Shown here in pieces: positions 9,954-17,151 of a stretch of DNA of 64,000 bases. The first letter of the stretch is position 1. The number at the start of each line of letters is the position of its first letter. The notes under the pieces are model-generated. The model saw nothing but the letters and a program-made list of their open reading frames with translations. It was not told where the DNA came from and made no database searches. Origin of the DNA: Candidatus Gastranaerophilales bacterium (lineage in GTDB: Bacteria > Cyanobacteriota > Vampirovibrionia > Gastranaerophilales > CAJFVJ01); the NCBI GenBank assembly GCA_944323485.1, contig CALUSR010000001.1, forward strand, positions 482,123 to 546,122, given 5' to 3'. A program made the position numbers and the translations under genes.

Positions 9954-10874
9954 ATGTCTAACTTAAAGGATATAAAACAGAGAATAAAGAGTATTCAAAA
10001 TACCAAGAAGATTACTCAGGCAATGAAGATGGTGGCTGCTGCAAAGGTAAAAAAAGCCGAGAATGCGGTAAAATCAGCAAGACCATACTCTCAGAACATC
10101 AGAAATGCTTTTGCAAAAGTCTTGAAGAGTTCTCCATCTTTTGATACATCGAGCATGAAATTTGCCCACGCTATCGAAAACTATCCTGAGTTGATGAAAC
10201 ACCGTGAAATAAATACGGTCGGTATCCTTCTCATTACTTCTGATAAAGGTCTTGCAGGCGCATACAACGCAAATCTCGTAAGGCGTACAATTCAGAGAAT
10301 AAAAGAGTTGAAATCAGAAGGTAAAGATGTAAAACTCTTTATCGTCGGGCAAAAAGGATTTGTCGCTCTGAAACGTGTTGTAGAGCAGGAAAATGTGGAA
10401 ATTCTTGGAACCTACACAAAACTTCCTCCGCTGATTACGGTTTCAAATGCAAATGTAATAGCTGAAGACATTGCCCACAGCTATGTTGAAGCACAAATAG
10501 ATAAAATTGAAATCATTACAACCCGTTTCAAATCAATGCTCTCATTTATTGTTGAAAACTGGGATATTCTTCCTGTTCTTGCTGTCGAGGAAGAGAAAAA
10601 ACATGAGCTTGAACCCGAGATGATGTTTGAACCATCAAGCGAAGAAGTCTTGAAAAAGATAGTTCCCATGTATGTTTCAAACAGTGTCTATCAGGCGCTT
10701 CTTGAAGCTTCTGCAAGCGAGCTTGCTTCCCGTATGGCTGCTATGTCAAATGCGTCAACAAACGCTGATGATATGATTCGCTCACTCACTGTTGACTACA
10801 ACAAAGCACGTCAGGCAGCGATTACACAGGAAATTTCGGAAGTCGTCAGCGGAGCTGATGCCCTCAAAGGCTAA
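9954..10874 (+). CDS. atpG: F1 ATP synthase subunit gamma
   Basis: KITQAMKMVAAAK; SELASRM.AM.NA..NA; RQAAITQEISEVVSGA. Confidence 0.97.
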   Translation: MSNLKDIKQRIKSIQNTKKITQAMKMVAAAKVKKAENAVKSARPYSQNIRNAFAKVLKSSPSFDTSSMKFAHAIENYPELMKHREINTVGILLITSDKGLAGAYNANLVRRTIQRIKELKSEGKDVKLFIVGQKGFVALKRVVEQENVEILGTYTKLPPLITVSNANVIAEDIAHSYVEAQIDKIEIITTRFKSMLSFIVENWDILPVLAVEEEKKHELEPEMMFEPSSEEVLKKIVPMYVSNSVYQALLEASASELASRMAAMSNASTNADDMIRSLTVDYNKARQAAITQEISEVVSGADALKG

Positions 10875-10892
10875 ATTTCAAAAACTAACTGC

Positions 10893-10926
10893 AAAAAAGA
10901 CGGATATTCATCATCCGTCTTTTTTT
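10893..10926. terminator. Bidirectional intrinsic terminator
   Basis: AAAAAAGACGGAT-ATTCATC-ATCCGTCTTTTTT between convergent genes. Confidence 0.85.
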
Positions 10927-11380
10927 AGTCAACAAGCTCGTCTTGTTTTTCACATGTTTCATATATAAAATATTTTGCTTTTTTATTCTGCAAAAGCATT
11001 TTGTTCAGCATTTTTCCGTCTTTCAAATATACATAAGCAAGAAGCCGTCCGTAAGAGTCCCTTTTGTTTTCTTCAAATTCGAGGTATACCATATCATCTG
11101 GCTTAAGCTCTTTTTGAACATAATACTTTGCAAGTTTTCCGAGTTCCACAACTTTTTCGACGGTAATTTTTTCAGTGTAAGCCTGTTTGTATGCTCTGTT
11201 GTTCGGATATGTTTCATAGCAGTCGACCCCGAGAAGCCTTACAGTTTCCTGTTTGTTGTCTATCAAAACTTCTATCGTGTCGCCATCTGTGACTTTAATG
11301 ACCTGAGCTTCTATTTTCTCAGCTGCGAATGCTGGAGAAAAATATAGAAGAATTAATACTATTAGAAATATTTTTTTCAT
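10925..11380 (-). CDS. Secreted thermonuclease (SNase-like) family protein
   Basis: Signal peptide; V.KV.DGDTI.V, VRLLGVD..E and D.YGRLLAYVYL.DG.MLN..LL motifs. The C-terminus looks shorter than in typical members. Confidence 0.85.
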   Translation of the reverse strand: MKKIFLIVLILLYFSPAFAAEKIEAQVIKVTDGDTIEVLIDNKQETVRLLGVDCYETYPNNRAYKQAYTEKITVEKVVELGKLAKYYVQKELKPDDMVYLEFEENKRDSYGRLLAYVYLKDGKMLNKMLLQNKKAKYFIYETCEKQDELVD

Positions 11381-11397
11381 TAATTAACCCTTTAATA

Positions 11398-11423
11398 GTG
11401 CTTATTTAGCAGTGGTGCTTATT
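11398..11423 (+). promoter_or_regulatory. Conserved 26-bp upstream motif, copy 1 (putative operator/promoter)
   Basis: GTGCTTATTTAGCAGTGGTGCTTATT, 24/26 identical to 11679-11704 and at the same distance from the following ATG. Confidence 0.6.
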
Positions 11424-11447
11424 AAGTATACCATATACCCTAAAATT

Positions 11448-11666
11448 ATGGAAATAGATGAAATATATAGAAAAATTGGAAATAATATAAAAAAATATCG
11501 TTTGTATGCAGGGTTAACGCAAGAACAGCTGTCAGAAAAAATTAATGCTAACCAAAAATTTATTGGGCATGTTGAAAGAGTTGAAAGATATATTGGTCTA
11601 AAAAAAATAATAAAAATTTCAGAAATATTGGGTGTTCCTCTAAAAAAATTTTTTGATTTCGACTGA
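11448..11666 (+). CDS. XRE-family HTH regulator (controller-protein-like), 72 aa
   Basis: IG.NIKKYR..AGLTQEQLSEKI...FIGHVER HTH_3 pattern. I chose ATG 11448 by alignment with the paralog. Confidence 0.85.
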   Translation: MEIDEIYRKIGNNIKKYRLYAGLTQEQLSEKINANQKFIGHVERVERYIGLKKIIKISEILGVPLKKFFDFD

Positions 11667-11678
11667 GTATTCTGTATG

Positions 11679-11704
11679 GTGCTTTTATAGCAGTGGTGCT
11701 TATT
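11679..11704 (+). promoter_or_regulatory. Conserved 26-bp upstream motif, copy 2
   Basis: GTGCTTTTATAGCAGTGGTGCTTATT. Confidence 0.6.
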
Positions 11705-11728
11705 TATCAGAAAATATACTCTTTATTT

Positions 11729-11944
11729 ATGGAATTGGATGAAGTATACAGGCAAATAGGCAAAAAATTGAGACAATACAGGCTTGAGGCAGGTATGACG
11801 CAGGAAGAACTTGCTGAAAAAATTGATGCAAATTCTAAGTTTGTCGGTCATGTTGAGCGTTTTGAGCGGTGCATAAGTTTAAAGAAATTAGCCCAAATTT
11901 CAAATGTTTTGTCCGTTCCTTTAAAAAATTTTTTTGATTTTTAA
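11729..11944 (+). CDS. XRE-family HTH regulator, 71 aa, tandem paralog
   Basis: 46/71 aa identical to 11448-11666 by manual alignment. Confidence 0.85.
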   Translation: MELDEVYRQIGKKLRQYRLEAGMTQEELAEKIDANSKFVGHVERFERCISLKKLAQISNVLSVPLKNFFDF

Positions 11945-12080
11945 ATTAACATTTGAGATAAACATTAAAGCTCAAATGGATAAAAAATGAAAAAACAAAG
12001 TCTTGATAGCCTGCATACAAGCATAGGTACAAAGTTTAGTGAAATAAAACTCTTGGACCTGTGAAGGCTCCTCATTTTGA

Positions 12081-12106
12081 ATCGCTCTGAGCGTAGGCGA
12101 AGAGCC
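12081..12106 (+). repeat. REP-like palindromic unit (degenerate CGTC type)
   Basis: atcgctctgagcgtaggcgaagagcc matches the window consensus GTCAyTyTGAGCrnAGCGAArwrTCT. Confidence 0.55.
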
Positions 12107-12108
12107 AT

Positions 12109-12274
12109 TTTTTGTTCATTTCTTTCTTTTTGTTGCGAGCAAAAAGAAAGAAACGCAACCAAAGAAAGAAAAACCGCAATCAAAACGAAATCTTGAATTT
12201 TTTTACTGAAACTTTGAAAAGTCGCTGCGCTCCACAAAGTTTCGACAAAAAAATTCTGCTTTCGTAGCCATTAG
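12109..12274 (+). repeat. ~165-nt structured dispersed repeat, copy A (candidate ncRNA or non-autonomous element)
   Basis: Colinear with 27558-27721; two hairpin domains and a purine mirror repeat. Confidence 0.8.
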
Positions 12275-12305
12275 AACAATCTACATTTTGAGTTAATACA
12301 CCATC

Positions 12306-12388
12306 CGTCACTCTGAGCGAAACGAAGAGTCTTTTGCTCGCAAGAATTCTTCCGTCACTCTGTTCTCTTGGAATGATGTGGGGTTATT
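12306..12388. repeat. Inverted pair of CGTC-type REP-like units
   Basis: CGTCACTCTGAGCGAAACGAAGAGTCT ... AGAATTCTTCCGTCACTCTGTTCTCTTGGAATGATG. Confidence 0.65.
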
Positions 12389-13970
12389 TGAGCTTGTTAT
12401 AAATCTCATTAATAACGCTGTGCCAATTCCCTTCTTCTTTCTGCCTGAAGAGTTCGATGCTTTTATACCATGGTGTTGTCTTTGCGTTGTCGAACCACCG
12501 CCATTCATTTGCATAAGGAAGCATAAGAAATGTTCTTACTCCTAAAGCTCCTGCAAGATGAGCAATACCGCTGTCTATTGTGATTAAGAGGTCAAGATTA
12601 ACAAGAGCAGATGCCGTATCTGAAAAGTCGTCAAAGGTTGCACCGAGGTCAGCCAGCTCTTGTCTGAATTGTTCGAGTTGGTTTTCTTCGTCGTTTTTCT
12701 GGAACGAATAAAATTTGTATTTATCAAGAGAAAAAAGCGGTGACATTTCTTTCAGAGGTATTGAGCGATTTTTGAAAACATTCTGGTTACCTCTAAAGAA
12801 AATGCCTATTTTTTGTTTGTCAGTGTTGAAATATTTCTCTTTGTATCCGGCTGCTTTGTCTTTGTCATGGATATATTTGATATCCGGAATGTTGTCGATG
12901 TTCATATTCAGCAGGTATGGTAAGTCAACCATGCATATAGATTTGTTATAGACAACTTCTTCTTTATCAGATGAGGTTTTGAAATCAGGGAAGTTCATAT
13001 TGACTAATTTTTTCAGCTCTTTTGGTACCTGTAGAATTATTTCTTTGAAATAATTTTTCAGCATAGGGAGATAACGTGAAAACATGATGTAGTCGCCGAA
13101 ACCTCCGCCGCAATAAACCAGTGCTGTTGCGTCATTGTAGGGTTTTCCGTCCCAGTCGTCGTGATAGTGCCGTTTGAGTTCCGGTCGTTTATTTCTGTAG
13201 TGGGAAAATCCGTTTTTGAAGTCTTTAATAATCAGATAAGACATGCCAAGGCTTAGTTCTGTTTTCGGGTCATGAGGTTTGAGTTTTAGTGCTTGTTGCA
13301 GGCATGATATTGATTCTTGGTACTTTTTTTGCTTACGCAGTAATATTCCGAGGTTGTGGTATGCTTCATAGTTTGGTTTTAGTTTGAGCGATTTTTTATA
13401 AAATTCTTTTGCTTTATCTGTATCAGCCAGCTTTTCGTAGAGGCTGCCGAGGTTTGTACAGGCTATATAATCTTTTTTGTCCAGCTCAAAGCTTTTGAGA
13501 TAAAATTTCAGAGCGTTTTCGTTTTCTTGTTCGGAGTTATAGAGTGTTGCAAGTTTTCTTATGTATTCGAGGTTTTTCGGGTATTTGCTGTTTAGTTTCA
13601 GATAATAGAGCAAAGCATTTTTGATGTCATTTGCTTTTTCGTAGCATGAAGCAATTTGTTTGATGAGGTCTGTATCGTTTTCATCTTCGATTGACTGTTC
13701 GAAGTATTTTGCGGCGTTTAGGAAGTCTGATTTTCCATAGCAGATGAGTCCGAGATTGTATGCGGTATTTGTGTTTGGTTCAAGCTCCATTGCTTTTTTT
13801 ATAAATTTTTCGGCTTCGTCATATTTTTGTTGTTTCAGATACAGCACGCCAAGGAGATTCAAGACTGTTGTTGAGTTTGAATTTTCTTTGAGCAACTCGA
13901 GGTAGATTTCTTTTGCTTTATCGAGTTGTCCCGTTTTGTGGTAGCTGATTGCTTCATCGATGTTTGTCAT
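12384..13970 (-). CDS. TPR repeat protein with C-terminal glycosyltransferase (GT9-like) domain
   Basis: N-terminal TPRs, then W.G......LV...GGFGD.I.F.RY and DL.ITIDSGIAHLAGALG..T..ML....WRW...T.WY. Confidence 0.88.
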   Translation of the reverse strand: MTNIDEAISYHKTGQLDKAKEIYLELLKENSNSTTVLNLLGVLYLKQQKYDEAEKFIKKAMELEPNTNTAYNLGLICYGKSDFLNAAKYFEQSIEDENDTDLIKQIASCYEKANDIKNALLYYLKLNSKYPKNLEYIRKLATLYNSEQENENALKFYLKSFELDKKDYIACTNLGSLYEKLADTDKAKEFYKKSLKLKPNYEAYHNLGILLRKQKKYQESISCLQQALKLKPHDPKTELSLGMSYLIIKDFKNGFSHYRNKRPELKRHYHDDWDGKPYNDATALVYCGGGFGDYIMFSRYLPMLKNYFKEIILQVPKELKKLVNMNFPDFKTSSDKEEVVYNKSICMVDLPYLLNMNIDNIPDIKYIHDKDKAAGYKEKYFNTDKQKIGIFFRGNQNVFKNRSIPLKEMSPLFSLDKYKFYSFQKNDEENQLEQFRQELADLGATFDDFSDTASALVNLDLLITIDSGIAHLAGALGVRTFLMLPYANEWRWFDNAKTTPWYKSIELFRQKEEGNWHSVINEIYNKLK

Positions 13971-13992
13971 ATTTTCTCCGATAGGGGAAATA

Positions 13993-14066
13993 TGTCCACG
14001 ACAGGAGTCGAACCTGCGACATTTACCTTAGGAGGGTAACGTTCTATCCTTCTGAACTACGTGGAC
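13993..14066 (-). tRNA. tRNA-Arg (anticodon CCT)
   Basis: GTCCACG acceptor stem, anticodon arm TTACC-CTCCTAA-GGTAA, GTTCGAC T-loop. CCA is not encoded. Confidence 0.95.
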
Positions 14067-14069
14067 ATA

Positions 14070-14903
14070 TTATGAAAGAAGTTTGACTACTTCTTCAAGA
14101 AGGCTTTTATTTGAACTTACCAATTTGTTTGCTAAGTCCATTTGCATTTTTGCCATCCGATAGTATGTAATATTATCATCAGTGCTTACATTTGACAACT
14201 CTATAAGTCCGCTTCTGATATCACCGCGTCCTGCTACAGGTTTTCCTGAGGCAACGGTTTCAACGTATTCACCGGGTGCTGATTCAGCAAGTCCGCTCGG
14301 GTTATGGAAGTTCATGACCGCTATTTTGTAGAGAGGAACTGTGACTTTTCCATCATCTGATTTTACATAGAGTATGCCGTCTTCTTTGATTTCAAATTCT
14401 TCGTATTTACCGAGATATTTGCCGTTGTTCGGGTCTATCCATAGTTTTATGGAAGTTGTCGGGACTCCGTCCACGCCGCCGTTTGTCGGGTCACCTGATG
14501 CAATGTCCTGACCTGATGCTGAATTAGCGCCCATTATTTCTCCGTTTTCATTGAGAATATAACCCTGAACTTCTTTACCGTCCGCTGTTTTATAGACGCC
14601 TTCTTCATCAAATTTGAATTCTCCGAGGCGAGTGTAGACCATTTTATTTTCATCGTTTTTTACAACAAAGAAACCCTGACCTTCGAGAAATACGTTTTCA
14701 GGAGATGTGCCGGGTGTTGATTTTCCCTGATCCATATTTATGTAAAGGTCATCGAGTGTTGAACCGTTCAGGAACGAGTTGAAGTTGGTTTTTACTTCTC
14801 GAAATCCCGGAGTATAAATATTTGTCAGGTTTTTGCCAAGAGCGTCCATCCAGTTTTTGGTATTTCTTTGCAAGTTTACTGCTGTGATAAAAGAGTCCTG
14901 CAT
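14070..14903 (-). CDS. Flagellar hook/basal-body rod protein (FlgE/FlgG family)
   Basis: NL.NI.TPGF, LEGQGFFVV, YTRLGEF..D..G...T.DG..VQG and G..ELSNV motifs. Confidence 0.85.
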   Translation of the reverse strand: MQDSFITAVNLQRNTKNWMDALGKNLTNIYTPGFREVKTNFNSFLNGSTLDDLYINMDQGKSTPGTSPENVFLEGQGFFVVKNDENKMVYTRLGEFKFDEEGVYKTADGKEVQGYILNENGEIMGANSASGQDIASGDPTNGGVDGVPTTSIKLWIDPNNGKYLGKYEEFEIKEDGILYVKSDDGKVTVPLYKIAVMNFHNPSGLAESAPGEYVETVASGKPVAGRGDIRSGLIELSNVSTDDNITYYRMAKMQMDLANKLVSSNKSLLEEVVKLLS

Positions 14904-14905
14904 TT

Positions 14906-15691
14906 TTATTCTCCTTTGTTTCGTTGTTGTCTTTGTTGTTGTTCGTCTTTTGGCTGATCTTTATAGTAGATATCCTTATAGGGAACGCCTTCTGAGTCGA
15001 GTTTGTTTCTTAGAAAAGGAATATTGCTTTTTAACATAGCTTCCATAGCTTTATCAGAAGAGAGAAATTCTGCCGAGAGCTGTCCTTCTTTGTCTATTTT
15101 CAGGATAACAGATGAGTTTCCCGTCATTTCAACTCTTACAGGCTTTTGTGAATTGAAAGCGTATTCTACTATATTGAACACTCCTTTTGAAAAATTTGTT
15201 GTTTTATAACTTATGTTTGTGCCGTCTTTTGTTTGTATTTGTACTTCATCAGAATTTTGAGAGGCAATCATTTTATCTATTACTGTTGTTGTATTTGATG
15301 ATAGCATTTTGAGAAATTTTTCGTCTTCAGATGTCATAGGGTCGAGTTTGAAAGTTCTTGGCTGGTAGCTGAACATTGAAGAAGATAATTTCGGGTCTAG
15401 TTTTTGTTCGTCGTTGTTTTGTATTAGATTTGTATCTTTAAGGTTTAAGCTTATGAGATTTTGTTTGAATATTATGTCGTTGTAAGCCTGGAAAGGTGAT
15501 TGGTCGTTTTGTTGTTGTTTTTCTGTTTTGAATTTTTTTGTATTTGAAAGAGATTCTGTTTCTTTTTTCTTCACAGAATCAACAAGTTTTTCAAAGCCGT
15601 CTTTTTCGTCTGTTTTTTTTGTATTTTGAGATTTTTGAGACGTTTGAGGCGATATATTTGTTTCTGTTTTTTCTACATTTTCAATATTCAT
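14906..15691 (-). CDS. fliK: Flagellar hook-length control protein FliK-like
   Basis: Low-complexity N-terminus; C-terminal L.A.F......L..NIP.LR.KL...G and a Q-rich tail; lies between fliJ and the hook gene. Confidence 0.55.
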   Translation of the reverse strand: MNIENVEKTETNISPQTSQKSQNTKKTDEKDGFEKLVDSVKKKETESLSNTKKFKTEKQQQNDQSPFQAYNDIIFKQNLISLNLKDTNLIQNNDEQKLDPKLSSSMFSYQPRTFKLDPMTSEDEKFLKMLSSNTTTVIDKMIASQNSDEVQIQTKDGTNISYKTTNFSKGVFNIVEYAFNSQKPVRVEMTGNSSVILKIDKEGQLSAEFLSSDKAMEAMLKSNIPFLRNKLDSEGVPYKDIYYKDQPKDEQQQRQQRNKGE

Positions 15692-16169
15692 CTATATCTA
15701 TACCCATTTGTTTTAGTTCTTCGAGTTCTTCTTCATGTTTGTTTTTAGTGTTTGTAAAATGTCTTTGAGAGCCTATTTCATTTAACATTTTCATTTCTTT
15801 TTGTTTTTCTTCTTCTTTGTATTCTTCGAATTTTTTTTCTTTGTGTTTTTCGAGAACTTTGACTGCTTTTTCCAGTTCTACAAGTTTGAGTTTTTCTTCT
15901 TCCAGTTTTTGGAGTGCCTCCTGTTTTTTTTGTTCCAGTTCTTCTCCTACTTTGTAGAGGTGCTGGAGAAAGTTATCATATGCCTCGAGCATAATATGTT
16001 GTGCATGGCGCATATCTTCACTTGTTTTTGATATTGTCTGGTTGTTTTTTTCGATTTCATTTTCGATTTTGAGTACTTCCATCTGGGCGAGTTTGACAAC
16101 TTCCAGTTGTTCATCTCTTTTGTTCATTCTGTAGTTGAGTACTTTATCGAGTCTGTAACGAAAAGGCAT
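15681..16169 (-). CDS. fliJ: Flagellar export protein FliJ
   Basis: F.YRL.KVL.YR start, coiled coil, K.LEKHKEK...EY...E...E.K.L.E. Confidence 0.8.
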   Translation of the reverse strand: MPFRYRLDKVLNYRMNKRDEQLEVVKLAQMEVLKIENEIEKNNQTISKTSEDMRHAQHIMLEAYDNFLQHLYKVGEELEQKKQEALQKLEEEKLKLVELEKAVKVLEKHKEKKFEEYKEEEKQKEMKMLNEIGSQRHFTNTKNKHEEELEELKQMGIDIDEY

Positions 16170-16530
16170 GTTATTACCTGTATTTGGGGATATTACGCCA
16201 TAAAATATTATCGTTGTTTCATCGAGAAAATAGCACCACTATTAATATGATTTTTATTATTTAATGATGGAGTTTGTTTTTTCAACATAGAAAAATTTGT
16301 GTAAAAAAATGTTTCGATTTCAAATAAAAATGAAATGGGGTTTATGCTTTTTACTTTATATATATATCAGGATAAACGGAGTTAGTTTTTCCTTGATGGA
16401 GTAAAAATTTTTTTTAGATATTGAATATTTGTTTTGTTTGGTTAAATTTGCCGTATATGGCAGACATTTGCAGAAAAAATCGTGTTCTTTTTCATATCTC
16501 CTTTCTTTCTAGCTAAAAACAAACACGATA

Positions 16531-16563
16531 AAAGACCGCCATTTATTTTCAATGGCGGTCTTT
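16531..16563. terminator. Intrinsic terminator downstream of the pilO-like gene
   Basis: AAAGACCGCCATT-TATTTTC-AATGGCGGTCTTT. Confidence 0.8.
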
Positions 16564-16580
16564 AAACATAATTATATTTT

Positions 16581-17150
16581 TTATTCTTGAATATACAGAC
16601 TCAGAACAAGGCTGACTTCAAGAAGTCCTTCTTTATTTTTTCTGTTTCCTTTTATATTCATCGAATCGACTTCAATCAGATATTTATAGTCAGCTATTTG
16701 TTGAACAAATTTTGTTAGCTGAGAATAAGTGGTAATCATTGTCATTGATAATTTCATTTTTGAACAATTTGCTTTTTGGAGTTCATTTGTAGAGGAATCC
16801 ATTTCATAGCCGATTTTGGTGATAGCTATTTGATTTTCTCTAATAACCAAAACAATATCATCTATTAGTTTTACAAAATTATCTTCAGGAGCCAGTTTTA
16901 TTCCTTCTACTTTGTATATTTCTTTAGGAGCTTCGTCGCTTGAGCCCGGTTCAGCCATTGTTGTATCAATAATATTATTCATTTCTATTTGCTGTTTCAT
17001 ATTTGCTACATCAGGCTTTATGGTTTTTATTTGGTTCATAAACTGAACGCTTTGAAGGCCGAAGTATCCTATGCAGAATAATAAAGCACAAGACACGACG
17101 ACTGCGGCTATTAAAACTATCAATGTTTCTTTTTTTGCTTGGTCTAACAT
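16581..17150 (-). CDS. Type IV pilus assembly PilO-like protein
   Basis: N-terminal TM and coiled coil; C-terminal ...YSQLTKFVQQI......I.VDSM.I.......L...L.L..Y; follows the pilMN-like gene. Confidence 0.6.
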   Translation of the reverse strand: MLDQAKKETLIVLIAAVVVSCALLFCIGYFGLQSVQFMNQIKTIKPDVANMKQQIEMNNIIDTTMAEPGSSDEAPKEIYKVEGIKLAPEDNFVKLIDDIVLVIRENQIAITKIGYEMDSSTNELQKANCSKMKLSMTMITTYSQLTKFVQQIADYKYLIEVDSMNIKGNRKNKEGLLEVSLVLSLYIQE

Positions 17151-17151
17151 A

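Noticed and set aside
11965-12237. 90-aa ORF, and similar ORFs 27473-27694, 27564-27755, 27722-27940 and 12308-12514
   Set aside because: They are translations of the structured repeat and REP blocks (similar F/S/L-rich text from both copies) and have no RBS support.
10900-14000. Integrative island at the 3' end of tRNA-Arg
   Set aside because: I found no integrase and no duplicated tRNA 3' end (att site) by eye.
16226-16245. AGTGGTGCT on the minus strand upstream of fliJ, matching part of the HTH 26-bp box
   Set aside because: A single 9-mer match is expected by chance in 128 kb of both strands, and the second GTGCTT half is absent.
16442-16495. 17-aa ORF MKKNTIFSANVCHIRQI (minus strand) preceded by AAGGAG
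   Set aside because: The SD ends only 2 nt before the ATG, it sits just past a terminator with no room for a promoter, and it has no leader-peptide hallmark.
16170-16530. c-di-GMP or other riboswitch in the long leader upstream of fliJ; TPP, FMN and preQ1 switches near thiL, ribD and queA
   Set aside because: I could not see any of the conserved aptamer motifs.
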